A program made the position numbers and the translations under genes. DNA of 61,865 nucleotides, filler included, from Choristocarpus tenellus KU-1152 (taxonomy: Eukaryota > Protista > Phaeophyceae): assembly GCA_964200185.2 (NCBI GenBank). It is 9 parts of 9 records of this genome, joined end to end, with 100 filler letters (N's around TTAATTAATTAA, not from the genome) between each part and the next. Parts side by side here need not be neighbours in the genome. Positions count along the whole stretch, not along the records: positions 39,326 to 41,965 come from CAXNAD020026039.1; positions 42,066 to 55,226 come from CAXNAD020001566.1; 7 more parts are not named here. One strand, given 5' to 3'. A model generated the notes under the pieces. The model was not told where the DNA came from, did not search any database, and saw only the letters and a list, made by a program, of their open reading frames with translations. Below, in pieces: positions 39,917 through 53,000 of the stretch. How positions within the stretch are numbered: the first letter of the stretch is position 1; each line of letters starts with the position of its first letter.

Positions 39917-41443
39917 CTGGGCAAGCGCCGCCTGCTGCTCAGAAGTGCCTCCCTCCAAGAACGCCCCCACCACCCTCTCCTCCCTCACCCAGAAAGCGCC
40001 CATTGTTTTCGTGGTCTCAAAGTCCTCCATTCCAAGGACGACAACCTCCCCTGATGCCACACCAAAGAACCTTTTTGAACAGTTACACACACACACACAC
40101 ATGGTTACACCCCTGAGACACAAAACGAGTTCTGGTAGTGAGTGAGTTGGCAGGCGGGTGTGCACAAGGGATCGATGCACACGTAGGCTGTTTTCAACGC
40201 CATCCAGTGTACCGTCAAAAACTCCTCTAACGATGCAGAGCTCGGTAGGAAAGCACCAAGCTCTCCTCCTTTAGTTAAGGGGTTCTCTCAGACTAAAAAC
40301 AACCCTTCCAAGGTGAACAACAACAGCAACAACAATAGTAATAATGTTATTAATAATAATAATGATGAAAATATCTCTCAGACTAAACAACCCTTCCAAG
40401 GTGAACAACAACAGCAACAATAATAATAATAATATTAACGGTGAAAATATCTATAAGAATTAAAAGTACCCTACCCTTTCTCGGGTGAAGATGTGATGCA
40501 ATAAAAAAATATATATTGTAGAAAAATGTACACAAAAAATAAAAAAGGAAAATAATAATAAAATAAAATAAAGACAGTCGCATTTAAAATAAAATACAAA
40601 AAAATAAAATGCTGCACGGTGTTTTAGCGCAGGGGGTGTGGAGCAATGTACTCACTACACATGGAACTCTTATCTTAACATGAAAGTATCCTCTTTACCA
40701 TTTTTTTTTGTAATATTGTTTTAATTGAAAAAACAAAAAACAATAGCATTGAAATCAAATCAAATCTTGCTTTCGAAGTAGATTATAGGTGACCCACAGA
40801 CAGACCCACCCCCCATCACCCACCAAATAATAAAATAATAGAGACCTTTAAAGTAAACACAATACAAAAACAAAAAGGATAGCTAGAGTGCCTGACTAGC
40901 ACATTTGCTTACAGCACTTTAGAAAACTCTAAAACTCTCTCTTTCCTACCCCCCCCCCTCGCGCTCTGAAGGAAGGGATCATCATACACTAGAAACAATG
41001 ATCTTTTAACCCCCATTCTACCAGCAAATACTATTATCATGATTATTTTTAATATTATATTAAAAAAATGGCATGCTTCCAGTCATATTTACCCAAAGCA
41101 TGAAAAGTATGAGACTAGATGCAACAAAGTATACCCTTTACAACCCCCCCCCCCCCCCCCCCCCCCCACCATATTTAATAAAAAATCAAAAGTTGAAAAA
41201 GAGTTTGTTGTTTCTCCACCCTCAAATTAACTTAAAAAATAACTAAAAACTCTTGACACCAGAGGAGAAGGATCACCCTTCACCACACAGCACCAACCAA
41301 CGGCCTGTAACACTTACATCCAGCTAAGATCCAAGAATTGAGAGTAGAAGCAGGGTACTGGGTGATAAACAAACTCATCCATGTCGTCTCCATCTCCTTT
41401 ACTCATCCCCACCATGTTCCGGGCGGCAACTACTGCCATGTCC
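39917..41443 (-). CDS. MDAR: Monodehydroascorbate reductase-like FAD/NADH oxidoreductase, C-terminal exons
   Basis: Exons 41443-41318 and 40070-39917 splice to ...YHPVPCFYSQFLDLSWMFFGVASGEVVVLG...MGAFWVREERVVGAFLEGGTSEQQAALAQ, matching the MDHAR motifs P.FYS..F.LSW.F.G and VVGAFLEGG. Confidence 0.85.
40285..40455. repeat. ~90-bp tandem duplication in MDHAR intron
   Basis: Two copies of ctctcagactaaa..caacccttccaaggtgaacaacaacagcaacaa. Confidence 0.8.
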
Positions 41444-42065
41444 CTGAGAAGACAAAATAAGGTACAATAAGTTCTTATACAACAAAATGTTAACAAATAT
41501 TCCTATTCCACAAAATAAGGTGTAACACAAATGTTGTACCTTGTCTTGTCACATCAGGCTATCAACACAAATGAAATCTAGTTTGGTGGAATCATTGCCT
41601 TTCATAAAATATTTCCTTCATATTTATATAATATACTTGACATGCAAAGGTATGATACTAATGGTACAACAAATACAAGACACAGGTCACACTACCTAAC
41701 TCAAACTACCAATATTCAAACCAACAACAGAGAAGATAAGGTTTTGGCATGGCAAGGAGGGATATACATCTCACTTTGATAGCATTCAAGTCAAATAGGT
41801 TAGAAGCCTAATGAGGGAAGGAATATGCCAATACTTCACACAGTTTGTACTCCAATTTGTCTTGATCTCTGAAGGTGAGCACTAAAACTCGACCAGTCCA
41901 GATACGTCATGAAAGATTTCAAAAATCAACGTCACTACATTCAAAATTCCCCCTCCCCCTCCCCCNNNNNNNNNNNNNNNNNNNNNNNNNNNNNNNNNNN
42001 NNNNNNNNNTTAATTAATTAANNNNNNNNNNNNNNNNNNNNNNNNNNNNNNNNNNNNNNNNNNNN

Positions 42066-42300
42066 CCATAGTATCTTAGAGGGAGGGGGGGGGGAATATT
42101 TAGACCAGGCTGTACATCCGGGGCTTGATGGGGTGTTGTACAATACCCCAGTATCATTCCCGTTTTGTTGGTGATTTTTCTTCAGATTTGGTTCTGGAAG
42201 GGGGGTGGGAAATGAAGGTGAGTTCAAACGAAGAAAACTGAACTTAAATCGGACATATTCACCCAATGGACGCCTGAACCCCCCTTCAGGATACTACGTT
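42066..42300. mobile_element. MITE-like element, family D
   Basis: ccatagtatcttagaggg...ccccttcaggatactacg imperfect TIRs related to the shared terminus. Confidence 0.55.
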
Positions 42301-43845
42301 CCCAATCTGATTGTTGAACACAACTTGCTACAGCGTATTGGTATCTATGTGTACCCTACGACTTCATCCCTCCATTACCTAGACAACCTTTTTCAGAGAG
42401 AGTACACACATTGTCAGTGTTGTAACAAAAATGTACATTTTATTTTTTTAGCAAACATGACAATCTGCCACACTTGCCACAGTGATAAGTGTTTAGAGTA
42501 CAGAGTAAATTAGCATCGGTGACGAGACTGTTCCACCCACTCATTAAAAGCGCGTTCAGGATGGTTTTTATATTGATTCAATATTGGTGTTACTAAAAGT
42601 TGGAAGAAAGGAATGGTGATAATCATGAATAGGGTTAGGGTTTACGATTGTTTGAAATAATGAAGGTATCACAGCCCCAGGGCCTGGCAGACAGTATGAA
42701 AACAAATTTCCACACACTAGTTCGTTCTGGGCTAATAAAACCCCTTACTAATGTTGGACAAAATGTTGTGGTACAGGTACAAGAACGTCTGACGACACCT
42801 AAAAATAAATTTCTTGCACTTTGCGGTCTAGGGATGGATACAGCCAAAAAATAAGATCTTTGGGGACAATATTGAACAGAGGTAGGGCAATTAGTTGCAG
42901 TGTAGCAGCAACTGGTTACGTACAGTAGGTAGTGTAGTGTGCAGTGTGGCTCTTGACCAATGGCCTGAATAATCCCCAGGCTCAAGGTACGAAGAAATAA
43001 GATTGAATACTCAGTCAAAGCGATTGATAGGTTGAATTTTAAGGATCCTAAGGAATGGCAAGAAGACTCCATTTGGCACAACTGCAGAAAATGTCTTAGC
43101 TGATAGTGGTCTCAATTTGTGTGTAGAATAGGGGAACATCAACTTTTTCGTACACTATTTTGAACAATAAGCAGAAAAATGGAGCGTATTGCACAGGGTA
43201 AGAAATGTGGCTAGAATGCAAAAGGGTCTAAAAGTGCCCACATCTCAATTGGTTTAGCTCTGCTGTCGCAACCGATTGCTTGGTACACCTAATAGTGCAA
43301 CAATGAGTGTTTACCTGGACTTTTTCTTCTTGCTGCAGCATACAGTTTTTTCTTCTTTCACATTAATTCCTTCCATTTTTTTTGTATCTCTGCTTGTTGC
43401 GGTATGTATATTCGGAGAGAACTATATCGTATTATTTTATTATTATTATCGTCTTTGATCAAGGTTCCGTTATATAATGCTTCTACACTATAACATCTAT
43501 CCATCTGCGAAATGATTTGCATATCATTGCATTATGTATGAAGTTTACATGTGCTAGTCAACCATTCAATAGCCCAGCTCACAAGAACGTTACACTTATC
43601 TTCCTACGACCAAATACCCTAACCTCGCCAGCACATGTCATCTGTGCACCCAAACACCTAAGGACACAGCACTGCCATTTTATGCATATATATTACGTAT
43701 TTCAGCAGATTCAGTGGACATGTCGCACAACAGAAGAGAGAGAGGAAAGAAACACAAAATCACCACAAATATATATATATATATATATGGAAACACTCCC
43801 ATTACAACTACTTGCTAAAAGAGTCTCCTCGCCAAAACTGTTGAA

Positions 43846-44095
43846 GCTAAATCTGGGCAAGGATGGCACTATGAAAGAAGCAGGACCAATTGATCTGGTG
43901 GACATTGTAAATCATAGTAGATGCTATTACTGTAACTAAATCCAGTCAAGGGTGGCACTATGAAGAAGCTGGACCAATTGATCAGGAGGACATTGCAAAT
44001 CCTGGTAGATCCCACCATAGCAGCTATATCCAGTCAAGGATGGCATTATATAGAAGCAGAACCAATTGATCTGGAGGACCTGGTAAATTGTAGTG
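43846..44095. repeat. ~88-bp unit x3 overlapping the TBL-gene stop codon
   Basis: cta.atc....caagg.tggca.tat...gaagc.g.accaattgatc.gg.ggac recurs at ~43846, 43936 and 44024. Confidence 0.85.
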
Positions 44096-47000
44096 AAGGC
44101 AGTCCTTCTTGCCTCGGTGTCCATCTGGTCTTAATCTCAAGAGAGGATATGCATCAATGACCTTGTGGCCAGCTTCTGCAAAAATTTTCTTGGCAATCTT
44201 AGGGAACATTTGAGCAAGAGAGGAAAAAGGAGGACAGGGGGTGAAAGAGATATTTGGTAAGTATTTATGGGAGAATGAATTGTTGAAAATGTGCAAACAA
44301 TGCACTGTTCACATGAATAGAAACAGTGTATCCTCTAAATTTCCACCTAACATGAAACAGAGAGAAAAACCAACAGCAAATGAATTTGAAATTGTGCGTG
44401 AAATTCTCATCGTTGCCGCCTGTTCTGAGGGCAAATATTTCTGCAAAAGGGTGGAGTGCTTTGACAAATTCTAAAGAAATTATTGTGATGGGGAATGCAG
44501 GGACCAACCACGCAAGTGGATGAGATTCCTCCAATCAATTCGTGCAAGACCTAAAAGCTTGAGCACACTTACTATTCATATTAATTTCATTTTTTTCATT
44601 CATGAAGTCAGACGAACCTAAAAACAACTGGCAGCTTCTCCCCTTTGGACCCTTCACCGAACAGCAGCAGTGCACTAGGCTCCAGGTCTCTGTAGTCCAC
44701 TTTTCGTTTCAACGCTCGTGTAACAGTGAGTGCTACTGGCCACTATGTCAGGCACGTCTTGCAATGATTGGGTTACTTAATGTTGCATCATTTTGACCAT
44801 CTGCATGCCAGTTCTGAGAGACACAAGGCAGGGGAACCCTACCCTACCTACACTCATATGATAACTGGCGGACACAAACCCCCAACCAGTGCATACTTCA
44901 TAAGCACCTCCATACAGTCAGTGAGTTCACCAGATTGACCCCTCTGGGTGGAGCTGGTCTGTCTCGCTCAGTCAGCCTCATGATCCAAGACTCCCGTGGC
45001 AGTGCTATATGACGCAGTGAAACATTCTGAGGTTTCTCCTTGTGGTACCTGGAGCCCACTAGCAACTCCCTCAGTTCACTTCTCAACTAACCAGAATCTT
45101 TGGCATAACTAGGCACCCTAAAATTTGCTGGATGAATGTCGGGGCTACCAATTTGAATCTGGGATCCTGGGTCAATCTAATTTCGTTTCTCACATTCATT
45201 ATACTTCCCGAACTCACAGTGGCGACCAACCAAATTGAGTAGGTTGAGGAGGCTCAGCGGTTTTTGGCAACTTTTGAGAACATTTTGAGGATTCAATTAA
45301 ATTGCGCAAACACACAAAGAGCTTCTTTATACTAGATATTTTGTGCTTAGATGGCAAAGATGTAAACGGCTTGAGGACTATATATACAACTTACACTCAA
45401 AAACGTACCTTCCCCTTGAGGAAAGTAGTCAGCATGCATTACCCTTTGAAGTACTCTGGAGTAGTACTATATACACAGTGGTTGTGATATTGTTTGGTGC
45501 CTGAGTGTTGAGGTGACGTTTCCAGTCAAAAAAGTCCGGAATGATGTAGATAAATAAGATTGCCATACATTACGGCTCATCTGAAGTTTCTCCTTTGTCA
45601 CTTCTTCTACTTTGGCCCTCATCACACAATTCCAGACTTAGGGTTAGACTTAGACTTGGTTAAGCACACAGTCACACCGATCAGCAAGACTTCAACCTTT
45701 GCCTCACCTGGTTGAAACGGGGCATGGCGTACCAGTTGTAACTGGCATAGAGTTCATCCCTATAGTTCTCATATGAAGATAGTTCTTGGCCTGGTAAGAT
45801 TGGTCCCCTCACCAAGCCTGGACCTCTTGGATCATATTGCTCATGATCGCAAAACGTATGCCCAGCTCGAGATGTCACAAAGAACACTTTGCCATCATAC
45901 TTTGCATCCTTAAGTGCAGCCAATGCGCCACGCAAAAGCCTCATATACCTGGCAGGGGGAGAGCATTGCGGGGAGATATGGTAACCAACACATTCAAAAC
46001 CTTTGGGTTGCGAAAATGCTTGTTATACAGCAAGTCGGTCAAGTCAAAAACTGTAACACCTTCCAAAATTAGGGTGAAAAGTAAAAATGTCAGAAATGAG
46101 ACGGTACTACCTATTATGGTTGGGGGAACCCAATAACTTATTTTATTTACTTGCTTGTTCATACAAATAGTCACAAGGATTTGGACTGACTAGAGGACCA
46201 TTGATTAGGAACAGAATGATCATTTCCAAACTTCTAACAGAAGGCAGAAATTTCGTCACACACCCCTTCCCTTAGCTAGGAGAGTGGAATCAGATATATC
46301 TGAGAGTGAAAGTATCTTAGAGAGACGAGTTTTGCCCCGTTTGTCCATTTGGGGCTTGGCTTCCCATTGGTTCCTTTATGACATTTTCCTACTCCAAAAT
46401 GTTTTGGAGTAGGTAATGTGTATGTTATGAAAAGTTGTGTCTGGAACAAGGATATCGACACTTCCTAACAAACATGATGATGGTCAAAATTACATCAAAT
46501 TTAAACATTGGATTCTGGGCACCGAACGGACACAGCCCTACCCTCTAAGATACTTTGAATCAAACTACTTCGGGAAGGGCAATGGGAATGGGAAAGTATT
46601 GCTTTGAACCGCCTAGACACTCAAGCGGTTTCCTTGGTAAGCATATACAGTCAGTGTATTCTGTGGTGCCACATTTGCCTCCATGCAACGACAAATGGCA
46701 TGACAACTATAGTAAATTCGGGCATTCAACTCCAAAAGGACTCCCTAGCATTCCCATTCGACAAACCCTCCAACAAAAGTATATATTCTTGTACTACTTT
46801 AGTGGACTGATTGCTACATAGGAAATATGGGACATCTTGATGTCTGATGTCATAATCGAATCTGCACCAGTGTCACATTCCCTGCACTAGGAGAGCACCA
46901 CATCAATTTTGGTCCTCACCTATCGGTCTTGCCAAGCATATGCAAACCCGATTTTAGCACCACAACATCAAAGTCATTTGAGAAGGAAGCCCATGGCAAA

Positions 47001-50000
47001 CAAACCTTCTTCCTTCCTGGTGGAAAGTATGGCATGCACCTCTTGTACACCTAGGTGATCATTTGGTGGTCGATAATAATCAAGAGTGAATTTTAGAGAA
47101 AGGGGGGGGGGGACAAGTCTGAGCTCTCAGTGGTAGGACACGAGTCTATACTCTTACGACCACCAACAGAAGATGCAAGATTCAAATAATCAGGGAGCGG
47201 TACCATATCGTGTTTCAAAGAAGGGATGGTATGGCAACCTATAAAACGTTCCAAGGTATGACTGACTGTAACATAGCTCGGTCTGGCAATTCAGGGAATA
47301 GTATGCACCCAAATTTTGTTCCACACCATTGAGAACAACAATAGAGATGATGTATAGTTTTTCATCTAAAAATACCAACCATGACAATGTGCACAAAAAA
47401 TAGAATGATATCCTCCCACAGGACAAATCAGAATGGCGTGTGGTCACTATCAGGTTCCTCACTAAAAGTAGGACATGTTGGACATGTCAGTGCCACCAAT
47501 CTGTCGAGTACAACTCTAGTCTGAGTCAAAATTAGAGGCCTTCCAGAACGTAGTTGACATAACCTGATGGGTGAACTTGACACTTGTCTACAATACAAAT
47601 TTATCCCTCGGCTTCAAAATTTAGTCAGTGTACTTGGTAGTTAATGCCTCTAAATACATGCTCTTGAGATTTTCTGTGAGCATCACAGCTGTCACACTTA
47701 CAAAATGATACTTCTAAGTAGAGTTTTACACTACGTATTAAACTAGCATCTCCACCAGTTTATCGTACTTCCTCACTAACTTCGTACTTTGAGTGGTGTT
47801 AAAAAAAGCAACGGGGGAGTCAATAATTAGTTCTCCAGCATAGATACTACTGGAGCTTGGAAAAATGACATAGGATAGGTAAAGTATCCGTTTTTCGGCA
47901 GCCTGCCGATTTTGGCGACAAATCCGAGATTGCTGTCATTGTCTACATATAAAGACAGCAGCAGATCTGTATGGGAGTGACGTGCACTCAGGAACCATCA
48001 TCTTGGGGAACCCCCCCTGTGATACCTTTTTCGCTCTTTACACTTAGAGGCTACGGTTATTTTGTACACATTGGTCAGGATTTGGGTTAGGGTTAGGGTT
48101 TGGATTAATAAAAAATTGCGTGTGTGAAGAAGTGAAAAGAGACAACAGTGGTGGATCCTTGAGAGATAGTGATTCCCCAGTGCACACTGCACTCCTACAC
48201 CACGGTGCAGTGAAACTTCTCCCATAACATCTCCTTGGCTGGTTGGGGATATTTTTCGCGCACAAGTTGGGGTTAGTTGTTACGGTTGGGGTTAGGATTA
48301 GGTTCTCGAAAAAGCACGAAGGGTGAAAAAGTATTGCAGTGGAGGTTTTTCGAGCGCACGTCAAGGGTATTCTGTTGCTCCGCATTAATATTTATGTTCC
48401 GATAACTGTATAAACCTGATCCATTGCAGCGTCATCAGCTTCTTTCACAATCATATTGTAATGCCAACCCCCCCATGTATACATCTACTTGAGGGGAAAT
48501 CCATTTTCTGGTGGCACAATGCTGGCATCAAATAGTTATGGGCGTTGTGCCCATTTGTAATTCTCACCTCTTTGTCAGGCAAGAGGTGCTGTGGATCCAC
48601 GCCCTTGTCATATGTCAAGAGGACATTCGAAATAAAACTTATCTTGTTAGGCTTGCCTGGACAGATCGACACCTTCCTGCTAGGGGAGCACAACGCCGAT
48701 TTCGGAATTGTCACTGGACTGGACCTCTTTATGTTAACTGACCGGTGTCACTCCACTCCACTAAAGCGAGGCCCTAAATCAGCATAATGGAACACTAAAA
48801 ATAACGCACATATTATTCATAGTAACCAGGAGACATCGTGTCATATTATGCGCTCTCGAAATGCCACAAATCAAATTACAGCAGATCATATCACCTGTAC
48901 AAGAACAGTTCACATAGAATAGTATTTGGTGTTGTTGATGGGGTTTGAAGTCCGTTCTTCAAGATTTGCTGGAGTGTGATAAGAATTGTGTGTAAAGCGA
49001 CAAAGAATTACTATAAAATTATAAGCATTTTTTTTTTCTTCTGAATCTTGAGCCGAATTTAGAATCAATTCCCAGGTTGCCAGGTTGTTCTTTTGTTCTA
49101 AATATTTGAGTCAACCGAGTAAATTGAGGTAATAGAATATAGGAATCTGTTCTTCATAAGAAACGAACTTCAGAGACAAGATACTTCAATGGACCCAAAG
49201 TGTCTGGGGAGGGGGCGGGGCTGCACCAGGATGTCTAATTGATCCATAACCAGGAAGAGTGTACATATATTATCCATCTGACGTATGCAACCAAATCACC
49301 CAAAAATCACGACATAAAAAAATTGACCCCAAATGGAGAGCCGCCACCCCCCCCAGATACTTTAAGTTCATGCTATAATTGCTTGGTTTGGTTGTGTATG
49401 AATTTCCAGCATATGAAATATTCAAGCAACTAATCTTGACGTTGAATCTGTCGAACCCCAAAAGCAATATATATATATGTAGTTATTTCACCATTTAACT
49501 CTCTCAGCCTACCTGTAACCCTGAGACATTCTGTCCATCTCGCACTCAGTATCAAGGTTCATCTGCTAGGCCCATCAGTGACATACACAACAGGGCGCAT
49601 GACAAGCCGAAGGTGAAAGCAGTGAGATGGAGGTTGAAGGCAAAACGACAGAATGGCGTGAGTTGGGTGACTACCTACCAAACACGTTATCATCCAATGG
49701 TCCCAAAAGACCGGCTCATGAGCGCACTTATCTTCTGTGTGCAGATACATGTATATATATTATACTGTAGTACTTGTATCTCACGCTCCCACTGCACTAC
49801 CTAAATCATGCTGGATAGTTAAGGGTACACCACTATCACATCAAACATTGACCTACGTGTGGAAAAAAAACGGTGGACACAATGTCCGTGCCATGACACA
49901 CACACACAAAATACCATAGACTGGCAAAGAGAAAACAAATTGCCGTGTCGTATTTCCAACTGGGTGAATTTACTGTTGCATATAATAACCATCACTGCAA

Positions 50001-53000
50001 CATTTACTGAGTGCCCAAACACTTCGCACTGCATGACAGGTAATAGTCACAGTGACAGTAATCTGTTTTGTACTACTGTGAACGCCTCCTTACTTATGTA
50101 GATGTCAATATCGTTGAGCCTTAGTCTTGATACCGTTTCTATGTGAGTTCAACAAGTTCATTGTTAATATTCCAAGCGCATTACGCCAATATGGATTATT
50201 TGCCCACCGACAACATCAAGTAGCCGATCAGGTACATGATTGTGGTACACAGTCAAAGCACAAGCATCAGATTTTAAATGTGTAATTAATTTTTTCTTTG
50301 TACAGTAGAGTCAATGTCACCTGGTGCATTAAAGCGATCACGAGCTCATGCATGGTAGAGTCGCCCACAAAAAGAATTGACCTGGATCAAAGGAAAAGGA
50401 CAGGCAGCAGTCAGCAGGATGAGAGGGGACGTGAAGTTCTACTGGACTAGTTCAAAGTCATGCGCCTTTGCTAAAACAATTCGAAACAAGTGAGAAGATC
50501 TTTTCCCACAATATACAGGTAGGGGTAGAAAACTGGGGTGATTATCCCAGTTTTAAACATTTATGTTCTTCTGCAGACGGAATGAGCGCATGGGATGGTG
50601 CCCATTGGATTCCTCATAAAAAATGGACCAGATAGGACCTATCAATCCCCATAATCCATCCACCTCGGCCACTGTGGGGAGAGAGAAATAAAGTGGATAC
50701 AAGCTGTACAGTGAGATGCTGTCATTAGTAATCTCTTTGCCAGGGTGAAGACAGAAGTCGTGCCATTTACTTGTATATTTCATTTCATTTTTTGGATCGT
50801 GGAGCTAGTCACCCACAATACTCCAGGTTCATGGCCCGATCAAGTGAGTTTAATTCCTTTAAAGCTCGGGATACTGCTCAACCTGGAGTACAACTTCATA
50901 CACTTTCAGTACTCTTCCAAGGTTGAGTTTGCAGTAAAGTATATGCATAATATCCTGATTCAAAGGTCAGACCCTGCCTCGAATCAGTAAATTGGTAGAA
51001 TAACCATAGGTGGAGCGATACCCTTTGTCCAAGTGCCTCTGATACCTTCCTGGATAATCAAATACCTCTGCATCTCGACGTGCCATGCATAACTGGTTAA
51101 CAGATGAATCCTTTATTGAGATTCATCAGGTTGCTGGGAGTAGACATGCAGCTAGACTTGACCTACAAAGATGAAGTAAGGAAGGTGAAAGGAGGAGCAT
51201 GGTACAGGGATGCATGGGGTTAATGCAGTCAATGACTAATTGAGTAACATCCCTCAGCTGAACATCCTCCCTTTCAATCTTGGAAGCGATAGCACTCACA
51301 ATCCGGAAGATCTCTGCACTGGTCACCGTGAACATTGAGATGCAGGAATATCTGGGACGCATGCATAAGGGTTTTGTGAAGATTATACATCGGTGAACAG
51401 CATCCTTATGACTGGTACGTGGAGGACCTTCTGTAGGCAATGCTCTCTTTCCAAACTACGTTTCCAACCAATCCCCAAGGAGACCAAGACAAGATTGATG
51501 TGGTGACCTTGTGGTGGATATGTGCGGGTCTTACAGGCCCATGTCCCAAGGCAGGTGAAGGCAGCAAGCATCAATGCGCTATTATTGTGGTTATTATGTT
51601 CTGCTTGACTTGGGTGTACTACTGGCGACAGAAGAGTGACACGCTACAGTGTTGCAGAGGTAGCTGGGTTGAATAAGTGGAGCTTAGAACGGTACAGAGC
51701 GATGAAGGGGGACAATTTGTTGATCATTCATGCCAGTATTGGAGGAACATGGCATCAAATGGGGAGTGACTCTAAACAGGATGTCAGTCACAATTCAATG
51801 GGGTAGCAGAGGTTATTTTATATATATATATATATATATATGTATGTCAGCTGGTACTTCAAGCAGCAAGGAATTGGCATGGACCATACAGACACACAAC
51901 ATTATTGTTTGATCATCATTATCATTCTTGGGAAAAAATGCTATTGGAGTGTTTTTCCTGGCCTATTTTGAATGAGGAACTAGGAAATCACCTTCTCGCA
52001 CACTGATTCATCATGTGGGAGTTCTCAGGTTCACTGAGAGTCAAAGTAAGCAAGAGAAACCCAGGTTTTGACCGTATTGCATTTTACGCCATATTTTCAA
52101 TCTTATGCAATTCACCCATATTTCCATGGATGAAGTGCTAAGTTTGAATTGAGAGCGGTGATTTCTCTATTTTTTGAGACTATTCGACAGAATTCAGAAA
52201 AAGTCCTACATGCATTTGAAAAAAAAGAACAATTTTGGACATATTTGTCAGCATCTCTAAAGTGCAACTCTGGGTACCTCTCACTTACTTCAACTCTGAT
52301 ATATTAGTTCACGTTTTAATAATTTTTGAACTATCAACGTTGCCTATCTACACAAAATATTTCAGGATGGTGCTAACACTAACCTAATCATTGCAATGCC
52401 CAACTTGATACTGCACTGCCTATAACTCGTTACAGCCACTGTCCATGTCCTGTAGCTCACTATTGCTGATAGTCGAGAGAACTTATTTAGGTTTTCACAA
52501 CAGTAGTTTGTGCCATGTTACCAGCAAGAGCAGAGCAGTTTAAGTTCCAATGCAGACTCAATCCCCATCATTTACTTATATCAGCAATAGTTCTCCCAAC
52601 ACTGGAAAGATTGAGGGAAGGGCCTTCACCTTACTGATGTTGTGTTTGATGCACTGGTCGCAATTACTCCAGAGTAGACCCAAAGCATTTAATAGGGTGG
52701 GGCCGTGTCCATTCAGGGTCATGAATCTAATTTTGCGATTTTGATGAATTTTGGCTATGTGTTTGTTAGGTAGTGTCAATATCCTTGCTCCGGACACACC
52801 TTTCATAGTTGTATACATTTTACCTACTCCGAAATACTTCTGTGTTCACACAGAAAACCAAAAAAGGGGCATAAAAAACCCTTGGGAAGCCAAGCCCCGA
52901 ACAGACAAACAGGGTGAAACTCCTACCCTCTTCAGACGTTTTCATATGTACGCAAACACCACCACAGAAAGTACCATTACTCTCGCTCACCTGTCACCCA

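Noticed and set aside
51120-51200. RFIRLLGVDMQLDL, resembling a LINE RT end; also a weak RLE-like remnant at 30905-31020
   Set aside because: Too short and degenerate to support without a search.
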